From NCBI GenBank assembly GCA_000708835.1, contig DF237006.1, forward strand, positions 131,817-195,816: DNA of 64,000 bases, in the 5' to 3' direction. The position numbers were made by a program, and so were the translations under genes. Below the pieces are notes generated by a model that worked only from the letters and a program-made list of their open reading frames with translations, did no database searches and had not been told where the DNA came from. Below are positions 53,893-64,000 of the stretch, one piece after another; position 1 is the stretch's first letter, and every line of letters begins with the position of its first letter. This stretch comes from Klebsormidium nitens. Its lineage: Eukaryota; Plantae; Klebsormidiophyceae.

Positions 53893-56528
53893 ATGGCCTC
53901 GACAGCCATCGCACGTTTTAAATGTGGTTCACTTGGGCCCTCTGTCTTGCTCAAACCGTCCAAGCAACCGGCTGCCACTCAAAGGCGTCACCTGGTGGCT
54001 GCAAGCCTACACCCACCTCCAAGCCTCTGCCGTCACTGGTCGTCAGCAGGTGATAAGTATACATCATCAGGGCAGCATTTTGCATCACCAATTAGTGCAG
54101 ATAGTACTAATAGAATAAATGTTTTGAGAAGCCAAAGCACCAGTTTGACAGGTTCAAAAGGGAAAAGGGGGCTGGCAGTGCGAGCCAACCGGACGGATCA
54201 AGTGCAGGAGGCGAGCACTGTGCCGGACGCTCTGGCCGCTCAGAGTGGCGCCCTTGCTGACGGCCTGGTGGGAGAGGATGCGGGGGTGTTCGACGTGACG
54301 GCACAGAAGACATCGTCCTGGGTTAATTTCACCATCGTTTTAGCTGTAGTGCTGGCCATCCTGTATGTGGTGTGGATAGACCCCACTACTGGCTTTGGCG
54401 GGAAGTACATTGATGCATTGGAAGGAGCAGTAGGAGGAAGCCATGAGGTAAACGCTCACCAATACTCCGTGCCTAGATGGCAAGTTCCCAAAGCGATGAT
54501 TTGAAGTCGTAGTCTTAAGAAAACAGTGGGACTCATAGGTTTTTGTACTGATCACATTCTGACGAGCATGTGCGTGCATCATCCATCGAGCCTGCTGTTT
54601 CTAAAGCAGTTTAGTTTTGTGCTTGCCTTGTGAACTATCGTTGTTCGGATCATATCCGAATGCCCCTCCGTCCAAGACAATTCTGAAGTGCATATCCCAG
54701 GCGGGGCTTGCGATTGTTCATCCAGTCTATTATCTGTGCAACAAGAAGATCATATCAAAAACACCGCCTTTCTGCAGGCTACTATCATAGCACTCCTCTC
54801 AATCTTTGCCCTAGTACATAGCGGGGGGGCCGCACTTAGAGCAAAAGCAGAGGATATCATTGGGGCACGCGCGTACAGGGTACTCTTTGCCGGCCTGTCG
54901 CTTCCGCTGGCAGTCTCCTCGGTTGTCTACTTTATAAACCATCGGTATGATGGAACACAGCTTTGGCAGGTGAGGCTTCTGTCTTACTGCCTGGAATTGT
55001 GGATGCTCGCTGTCAACTAGGACTGACTCTATTGATTGTTGGATTGTAGGATGTAGGATGCTCTTCTTATAAAGATCCCAGGACGTGCAGGTCACTCCCT
55101 ACTGATGTTGGGTGTTACATTTCGATCATATGCAGCTCCACCGCGTTAGGCAACATGTGTGAGAGCCTTAAGTACAAGGAGTGCGTTCTGTCCCTAATGT
55201 CCATCCGTAATTTACTTCAGCTTCAATTACGTATCAGACCAGGACTTGAACGACCATAACAAGTTGAATGGCCTGAACCGATGATTGATAGCTCCAATTA
55301 CGGAGTCTCCCACTGGCTCTTTAATTGATAAAGCGACCCTGACAAACGGCATGACCCATCTTTCTCTCTATTCAGGCGTTCTGGGTGCTGAAGCGTCTGA
55401 AATGACCGCGCTGATCTTCATCCCACATCTTGAACCTTTGGTCTTTGTGAATCATACTTTTGTTGCTCTCGTTGGCAGCTGCGCACAGTCCCGGGGGCTC
55501 ACGAGCTGGTGTGGATTGTGTCCTTCATCTCGTTTTTCTTTCTGTACCCCTCCACCTTCAACCTGCTCGAGGTAGCTGCAGTAGACAAGCCCAAGTTGCA
55601 CATGTGGGAGACCGGCATCCTCAGGATTACCCGTCACCCCCAGGTTAGCGAGCTGGTCGAACTTTGGTTGATCCTCATGAGCTTGTTTTGTTCATATCCA
55701 TTCCTCTTGATCATTTTTGATCTCGTCATTGTAGACATTAACATTTAACTTCCAGTATTAAGATACTTCGACGATTGCTAGAATCCGTCCACGATCAACT
55801 GTCGAGCTCTGTACGCCGTTGTTAGTCAAAACCTTGCTTTTTCGGTCTTGAGGTTGAACCCGCCGAATCGTTCCGTTCTGTTTTGAGGGGTAAGGGTGAC
55901 TGCGGATATTGGTCGAGGGTAACAATTATAAAGCAGCTTGCACACCCTCTGGTAGCTGGATCTAGCCCTTGATCTTCTTAAGCTTGGCTCTATTGATACC
56001 GGTGCCCTTTCGGATGGTCCACATCTTTGCGTTCCTGCCGTTTCGAAGTCGTGTTCTCTGTTCTCCGGCAACATCGTCTGCCCGAATCCATACTGCTCTA
56101 TCTGCTGCGCTCCGTTCAGATCGCTCCGTCTGCTTAAATCCAGCCTCCCGTAATTCCTCTCTCACCCCCCTTCGCTGGTGCCATTCCTCCAGATGACGGG
56201 CCAGCTTTTGTGGTGTCTGGCCCACACTCTGTGGATCGGCAACTCCTTCACGCTCGTCACCTCTCTCGGGCTCTGTGCGCACCACCTATTCGGAGTTTGG
56301 CACGGGGACCAACGGCTAGAAGCCAAGTACGGGGACGCTTTCCGAACGGTCAAGGCGCGCACAAGCGTTGTGCCCTTCCAGGCAATCATAGAGGGCCGCC
56401 AGAAGCTCCCACAGGATTGGTACAAAGAGTACCTTCGGGTGCCGTACTTTGTTATCGTCGGGTTTACGCTCGGGGCGTACTTTAGCCACCCTCTGATGCA
56501 GCAAGGGAGCTTCTGGCTGCACTGGTAG
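53893..56528 (+). CDS. Z-ISO: 15-cis-zeta-carotene isomerase (NnrU family), plastid, 4 exons
   Basis: Exons 53893-54447, 54778-54969, 55479-55643, 56193-56528. Motifs FALVHSGGAALR, RAYRVLFAGLSLPLA, INHRYDG, FFFLYPSTFNLLEVAAVDKPK, RITRHPQ, HHLFGVWHGDQRL and TSVVPF. Confidence 0.97.
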
Positions 56529-57076
56529 TATGCGGCCGCGGAAACTCGATGTATTGGTTGCCGCTGAGTTACGCCGCCTTTGCAGCCAAGGTTAAGGGGA
56601 CACTATTGTTCGTTTTCGCCTCGGAGACTAGATCAACCTGTTGGCAACGACAGATTGTGGTCCCCAAGATCCATCTGGGTCATGCAGTGTGCCTTCTCGG
56701 CAGCTTTCGAGTGTCCGAGTTGACAAATGCAATCGTTTTGTGAGGTTAAGGTTCCTCTAGACTCGATCATGCTATACAAAGAGACGAGCCGCCTTCGGCT
56801 TGTACACTCGATGATAGTACGTCGGAATGTACTCACATGCGTTAGGTCGAGGATTATCATGTATACCGTCATGACTGAATACTGCCGCTGAGCACCATTG
56901 CAATCAAGCTCGCCGTTGCATGTTTGATCAGCGCTAAGGACTTGGATCGTACATGCATCTGCAAACACCGACGGTCGGACTCCAACTTGGATCATCGACT
57001 GTATCTAGATTACCTATGTCGCTGTGTAAAGTGACTTGCGGCCGGGAGGATATCAACCGCGGCAACCGTCGCTTGT

Positions 57077-57106
57077 GCACATTACCAGCCTAGGCTGGTA
57101 TTGTGC
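57077..57106. repeat. 30-bp near-perfect palindrome flanked by 9-bp direct repeats
   Basis: gcacattaccagcctaggctggtattgtgc has 14 of 15 pairs matching; ggcaaccgt occurs at 57061-57069 and 57124-57132. Confidence 0.75.
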
Positions 57107-57499
57107 TGCTTATCCAGCTTGATGGCAACCGTTGTCAGCTCATGGACCACGGGTTGAAATGGGCCCCTTGAATACACGTTTCTCAAGATTAGTCAGACAG
57201 CAGGCCGTGCAACTTAGAACTGTACGAGAGGCTCAGACCGACCATGCATGCAATGATTATGGCAATCCTCCTGATTGGACTTCTATTTCCTCAAGATTCG
57301 TATGTGTTCTACGGTCTGAACAACGTCTTCCAATAAATCCTAAAATAATTGACATAGTGAATCAAGGGGTTCCGCGTGTAACTGAATACTTCCAACATTC
57401 AATGGGGTCAACATTTGTCCATGATACATCGGTCTCTCCGCCCTGGCTCGCGCTTGCGCATTTGCGCAGAGTACAAAGAATTTACCATCCGAATGGTTG

Positions 57500-60458
57500 T
57501 CACAACCTTGCCTTCTCATCTGCCTCGCTCGCCGTCTTGGGCGTCTTTTGCTCCTCCTTGGGAGGTCTAGGGATGTTGTAGTACTCTGTCGTCCGCCCGT
57601 ACGATACACCGCCCAGCCTCGAAACAGGAGAGTACTTCTTGAGGTCGACAACGTCGTGGCCGGAGTGCGGCGATTTTGTGGCGACCTCCTCGTGCATGTG
57701 CGCTAGGAGCACCTCGCCCACGACGATCATACCGGTCGCCTTGCCCGTACTGTTTGATGGAAAAGAGGAGCAAACGGTGGTCAGAAACGCCGTCCGTTGG
57801 GGACCCGACGTTCCGCAGCGTCCTGGGGTGTGAGTGGAACAGGAGTGCAACACAAAGGCTCCACTGTTAGCAGCCGACTCAATTCCTCGCAGAGATAGGA
57901 GACAATTCGACGTTCGAGTAGAAAGTATGAAGGGCTTTTCCGGACAAAGTCAAGCTTGAGCTTTCATCTCCTAGACGTAAAGTCTCAACCTGATCGACGG
58001 GCTCAAAAGGTGAACTTCGCATTTCGGGTGTAGGACGGCGGCAATGGCTTCGCTGGACGAAACTCCTTTCATTAGCCAGGGCGTCCGGTCTGGAGAGCTC
58101 TAGAAGATATCTAATCGTCAACCGGAGGCAAAAGGACAGGAAAAACTGCAGGCTCTTGGATAAGGGTACAATCTGCACATGCAGTCCTGATAAAGCCGCA
58201 ACTTTGTCCCTTTTACCATGCACAGCAGAACCGTCTTCCGGTGTCACACCGCTCAAAAACAAGCGCGCACAACCAGCTGAAACAGTGGACGAACGAAACG
58301 ACGCTTCTTTGGTGACAGGCGGAAAGTGGCCAGTAAGCGCAACCCTTTGTCGAAAGGACAATCCTACGGAGCGGCCAAGATACGGTCGAGCCTACCATTG
58401 AACGGCGACTCGCTTATTTGAAGCCAGAACGCGACGTCACCGTCCAAGTCGGTCGGCTGACTCTTTTACAGAATCACGACCTAAAGGAGCCGGCGACATT
58501 CTTCCAACGAAGGAAGTTGATCAAACTCTGGGAGTGCAACGATCTGACCGGAGAGAACAGCTCCATCAACTCATAAGGTGTGGAGCCGCACAAGACTGGT
58601 GTAAACTAGTTATGACTTCTCACGCCGTCTCCTCTTGTGCTGCCAGTGAGAACGACTGTTCTCGAAACCTGACTGAAGTAGACTAAAAGGCCGCACAAAC
58701 GTGGTCAAGCCCTTTGCTTAGATCACCTAGGTGGCTACCAGATGACGATTGACCTGACATGACCATCGACTTGAGAGTTGTTCCGACCAGCTGAGATCCT
58801 GAAACGAAGGTAGAGCGCCCCTCGACTCAGTTTGCAGGTCAGGACAGAAGTTGGTAAACGATAGGAGGCGGTGTGTCGAAGAAACCTACTGGTTCTTGAT
58901 CTCGTAGGAATGAACCAGCTTGCACTCGAAATGCACCGCCGACTCCTTCACTCGGGGTGGCTTCACCTGCAGGTTTTGGGAGGCTAGACTCAGAGGACTC
59001 ACAAATACTCCCTTTCAAAGAAAACCTGAGGTCAGCTTCCTCAAAAGTGACGTCGGATCATTGGCTACAGCGCCCTACTGAAGAAGGTTCGAAGCATTTG
59101 AGCAGAATATGTTCCATCGTGAGGGCAGTAGCCCGCTGATGGATTACATACGAGACGACGATGCTAGGAGAGATCAGAAGTGTGTTGATCGACCTCCTAG
59201 AATTGTGTTCGACCAAAACAACCAGATTCGTGACTACCAGAAGCTGCTTGCCAAGATAGTCATCACACAGCTCGCGGGTGCACCACCTTTTTATCTTCGT
59301 CGAACTTCAGAAAGCTGGGACCATTACAGCATGGTTTGAAGGGAACGATCTTTTGTGAAGTAAGGGCAGTACCTTGACTGACTCCATGGGCGTCAGGCCA
59401 GACAGTGTCATCTCGTTTATGCCCCGGTCGTACGGCCCGCACGTGAAGTTGGCAGCCTCCACGTACCATTCGTTCATGATGTTCACGACAAATTCCCTGC
59501 GGTTTGGTGCGGAAGGCATTCAGCAAGCCCAGTGAAGGCAGAACAGCTCTCCAAAGGTATGCAGCTAACAGCTCATGCCCTGACAATCCAGGTCATGATG
59601 CACCTATGAGTGCTCCTGATTGAAAACAATCATCAAACACATGCAGAAGGGACTTTCAGGCCGCTTCGACAGCAAAGAACCTTCAAGCTCAGCCTGGCTT
59701 TGAAATGACTGACTCCTTACAGCGAGTTTCCGAGCCTACACACGCAAAGTAGTCTGTTCTCCATCACCACTGAATAAGCGAGGCGCCGCTACTTACCCTG
59801 TCTCCAGAATGTTCGCAAGCGTATCCTTCTTTCCCCCTGTGTCCTTCTTCGCTGAGCTGTACGAGTGTCCAATGACCACCATCGGCGGATCATGTGACAT
59901 GGCGTTGAAGTAACTGTAGGGGGACAGATTCCCTGCGCCGTTCTTGCTCAGAGAAGAGACGAAAGCAACGGGCCGCGGCACGACCGCGCTGATCATGAAC
60001 GGGTACATCGCATCACCCAGCTCAGCAGGGTTCAGAGCTAAGTACTTGTCACTAGTAAAGGGCGATGGCTGCTTGTCCCCAGGTTTGTAATCAGGGTGCA
60101 ACGTTGAAACCTCTTCGATCTGGTTTCTGTGGCCGAGTATGCGCCGACTCCATGTCGGATTTCGGAGAAGGGAAACCAAGATTCCTGATGCGCCCAGCGC
60201 CCCAGCTGCGAAGGCTGTCAGGATGTTGCCTTGGACCGCCATTTGGACACCTCTCAGCTTGCCGGTAGATCGGCGCTTCCCAAGGGCAGCCTTCCTCAAA
60301 ACAAGCTCAGCTTGGTTTCCAGATTGAACCCAGGAGGGCCTTGTAAGACGATGTGCAAGGACTGTTGGAGAATAAACACCCTGCTTTGATTGACTCTGAC
60401 GACTGACACGGAACTGAATAGACTTATTGGACAAGGACTTGGCAGCAGCTAGTTCCAT
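57500..60458 (-). CDS. Flavin reductase-like FMN-binding protein (split-barrel, DIM6/NTAB/YwrF type), 4 exons
   Basis: Exons 60458-59797, 59496-59373, 58966-58890, 57749-57500. Motifs ISAVVPRPVAFVSS, NLSPYSYFN, KDTLANILETG|EFVVNI, VKPPRVKESAVHFEC, IVVGEV and PVSRLGG..Y. An alternative start is possible at MAVQG. Confidence 0.9.
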
Positions 60459-61264
60459 GCCACATACTTCACTGGAAAATATGCAGATGAAGAACCAAAT
60501 TTGAATCAGACTACAGTTCTTTCCCAGAACGATACTTCAGCTTCACTGCTGCACTTCTTGCTCCCTGCATGCATCAGCTAGCTGTCAATGTATCTACAAG
60601 ACGATCGGAACAGCTTTGGATTCTAGTGGAGAAGGGCGGTCGTTGGCAGCTTGTTGAAGTTGTTCTTCCCAGCACCGTCTGTCAAGACATTGTTTTGCAG
60701 GCGCCACCATGCACTAGGTATCCAGCTCCGCTGCTGCCCCAGCCCAGCCCAGACCTCCATATTGCAATATATATCTAATATGTTGTGCCAAGAAAATATT
60801 TTTTCAATACACAAAATTTTCAATTCCTTAACACGCTTTAGAACCGGCAGCGAAACGGTGCAGGCCAAGTTCCAGGCATTCTTCATCCCGGTACGTCTCG
60901 CTGGAGTGACGGTTCTTTTACATCCAACAAAGAAAGAGAAAAGACGAGAAAAGAATTTCAAAGAGATCCTTTCAGGTTTCACCTTTTACTATTAGATAGT
61001 GGGAAAAGGGTATACCGGTATGTAAAATTCAAACTTTCCTTAGCCGTGTCAGCATCTCCTTTCAATGTTTCATGAGAGTGCCCGATCGTGCTCTGTTGCC
61101 AGTGTTGGACGAGCTCTTCTTCCAGAGAGTTTTCTAGCTTAGCCGCCTCTCCTTTCTGTTAAGGCCTTGCTGGCTGAGCAAGCAACATTTCCTAATCGGC
61201 GCTGGTGTCGGATAATAATCAGTACGGACTGGGGCCCGAAGGGTGGAATTCAAGGGACTGGATA

Positions 61265-63936
61265 ATGGCAGACCATGACGATGATCTTCATCAGTTGCTC
61301 GACAGTAAGTTCGTCATTGCTATCCAGACGACAATCTGTGAGGTTTATTCCTTGCTGCATCGTTTGATACATAGTGTATCTGCTCTGCATCTCCGCACCC
61401 CATTACAAAGCTTTGCTTTGCACCTCGGAGCACCAGCAGTACTCGTACCAAAATAGCGTTCAAATGCCTCCGCTGACTTTGTACGAAGATCATATGGTCA
61501 GCATGAACTCTGACTGCCATTGCAGGCGCGCTGGACGGCTTCACCAAAGTGGACTCAAGAGCAGCAGCCTCGGGCAGAAAAGATCTTCCTCTGAGAGGTG
61601 ACGCAGCAGTGGCATCTACGTGAGTATCACGCTGTCCTTGATAATCATTTTGCAGTATGCTTGAACAGTGTGGAGACTACCTGCCGGTCATTGATTCTTT
61701 TCCACCTGCCCATGCCCAGTTGTTGAACCGATGCAACTGTCATCTTACGGTTTGGCAGGAACTTTCAAGCTGGATTAGCAGTGGCAAAAGGTATAACCGA
61801 CGATACACAGAAGAGGATGACTATGTTGCAGATCATCTGCTGCATACGAACTCAATGCCAAGCAGAAAGAGAAGCAAGCTGTGCAAGGCCTGGGGTCCGG
61901 AGTTGGACTACGCCAGAAGAAGAGTGGTGAGCATGGGATTAGGCTGCGAAGTGTGCTTCTCGCTGTTTTTTAAAAATGGTACATGAAGACCTTGTGTATA
62001 AGTCTATCTAGATTCATCATGTCAAAGGGATTGGTTGCTTATTGCCCAATCGCTTAGGTTCTGTGTCCTGCCTAGGATATTCCCCTCAGCTCCATCAGCA
62101 TTTTGCATGCCTTCTTGTTTATGATTCTGAAGATATCAGACCTGCTAGTTTTGCAAGCTCCATATTAATGATGTATAAGCACTTTGAGTCTACAAAAACT
62201 AACTTCTCCTTGCAGGAAAAGGCTCAGGGAAGAAGGCGGCTCCAGCCGGTGCTTCATCCAGTAAGTCTGAGGGCTCAGAGAGTGGACGAAGAGCGCGGGG
62301 TTCGGAAGCGGGCAAGACAGTGGAGGCCCTTCATGAGCAGACTCGGCAGACAGTAGAGGTATGAAACTGCTCTAGGTCTATCAATTGAGAAGGCGCAGTT
62401 GTTGGCAGTAAGAAAAGATACAGTTGAGCAGCAACTGGTATGACCAGACAAAAGGTATCGGATGCAGGCCACCACTGCTTTGACATCATTGTCATATGAC
62501 GATCTCTCACAGGAATTCATTTTCCTTCCTTGCAGGGCATGGATCCTGGTGGCGCAGAAAACTTGGATGAGTTGATGGCGCAGCTGCAACAGATGGCAGG
62601 AGGCGAGGCAAGGCACTTCTGACTTCCTTAAGAGCAACTTACGCCTTCGAGAACGGGCTGGTTATTGGTTGTTGGTTGTTGCTTCGGCCCTGCTGAGAGC
62701 AAGAAAGATCGAAGTGATTGTACTGCTGGCTTGCCTCACGGAAATCTTCGTGACGTCCTTACAGAAAACCATGTCGTTTGCTACCCGCACTAGAAGTATG
62801 GCAATCCAAATCTCGTACAAGGGAAAGCAATCTTGAATTTGCGTGATACTCAACTCCGAGTTTGATGGCTTTGCTGCAGGATATGCAATCGCTGATGGAT
62901 AACATGATGAAGCAACTGCTGTCGAAAGATGTGCTCTATGAGCCTATGAAGGAGATAGGGCGGCGGGTAAGATGGAGACCTGCATCAACTCGATTCTTCC
63001 GACTCTTCCTTTGTCGAGACAGTCGGCACTTGCTGCTCGTATGTAAGAAGTAGAGTACTGCGCCCCAAAGAAATCGCCGACCAGATAGCGGAACCTCTTG
63101 TAGGGAAGAATGGTTCCAAATGTTTTGGTTCAAACAGGGCACTTGAGTGGTGGACTGTTGAGCATCTTGTGTACTTTGGTTGCTTCGTCTTGGTCCCTGC
63201 ACTGCTTTGTCTTCGTTCCGCTTAAGACTTGCTGATCAAGAATTGTCATCACGTCTGCAGTATCCTACCTGGCTTCAAGAAAACGATGCGAAGCTCAGTA
63301 CGGAAGACAAGGCACGGTACGGAAAGCAGTACCAGTACATTCAACGGGTGAGTCTGACAATGTCTTCCGTACCTTCAAGTGCGGCTTTTTCGAAAGTGGC
63401 AGACGACACGGCTCTCGTTCAACGCTATGTCGCCTAGTGAACCAGGAGCCTTAGTAATTTGACTTTTCATCGAGACCTTTGAGCTGTCTTAGTGGCAGCT
63501 TTTTTAACTCCGAGCCGAATCAGAGCGAAAGGCCGGTCGTTGTTGGCTTTGCCTTCTACAGGTGCGAAAATCCCAGCTGTCTAACTTACTGCTATTCGTC
63601 TGTTGCAGCTTCTCCATGTCTACGAAAACGACCCGGATAACTTCGAGCAGGTTACCGCTCTTATGCAAGAGGTAGGGCCGTCTTAGAATCTTCTCCGACC
63701 AGCTCTGCAGTTTCCCAATGCTTTCCGCTACGAGCTTCGACGAGATGATTTTGTAGCTATTTTCGCTTCATCTTCTTTGCTCGGTAGCGTTTTGCAGATC
63801 AGATGGGGTAAGCAGCTGCGAGACTGACTGCGTGGGTGCTCTTCTGTGTGCAGATGCAAGAGTGTGGACATCCACCTGATGAGATCATTCAGGAGCTGGC
63901 ACCAGGAGTGGTTTTTGGGGAGGACGGGATGCCATC
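61265..63936 (+). CDS. PEX19: Peroxisomal membrane protein receptor PEX19 (continues past the right edge)
   Basis: Exons 61265-61304, 61526-61619, 61832-61926, 62216-62358, 62536-62607, 62880-62966, 63261-63347, 63609-63671, 63854-63936. Motifs DDLHQLLDSALDGF, MMKQLLSKDVLYEPMKEI, YPTWLQEN, LMQEMQECGHPPDEII. Confidence 0.95.
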
Positions 63937-64000
63937 GTGAGTTGAAAAGTTATTGTTTTACGAGGCTGTGCTTCGTTTCGAAATTGTTTGGAAAGCGTCC

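Overview
Intron-dense eukaryotic nuclear DNA from a photosynthetic streptophyte-type organism. Plastid genes (RbcX, Z-ISO, LSF1, DUF1824) sit alongside a mevalonate kinase, which suggests a charophyte alga such as Klebsormidium; this is inference. I assembled spliced gene models by hand from GT-AG sites and frame continuity for LSF1 (partial), mevalonate kinase, an ATXR4-like SET-MYND protein, RbcX, a short-form tRNase Z, a DUF1824 protein, a Ser/Thr kinase with a repetitive acidic N-terminus, RIO2, Z-ISO, a flavin-reductase-like protein and PEX19 (partial), plus several unknown genes. Most unusual features: (1) a mosaic pseudogene at about 3460-5710 built from inverted, intron-containing copies of two genes that lie 29-46 kb away in this same window (DUF1824 and RIO2); (2) a spliced gene joining an integrase-type H2C2 zinc-binding motif to a WRKY/GCM1/FAR1-like motif; (3) an accessory block at 40.5-46.5 kb with a frameshifted putative header-plus-restriction-endonuclease-fold gene bracketed by degenerate direct repeats; (4) a kinase with a single in-frame TGA in exon 1; (5) a periodic GTGAC plus telo-box array in a divergent promoter. 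There is one assembly gap, 26511-26927. No tRNA, rRNA or CRISPR was found.
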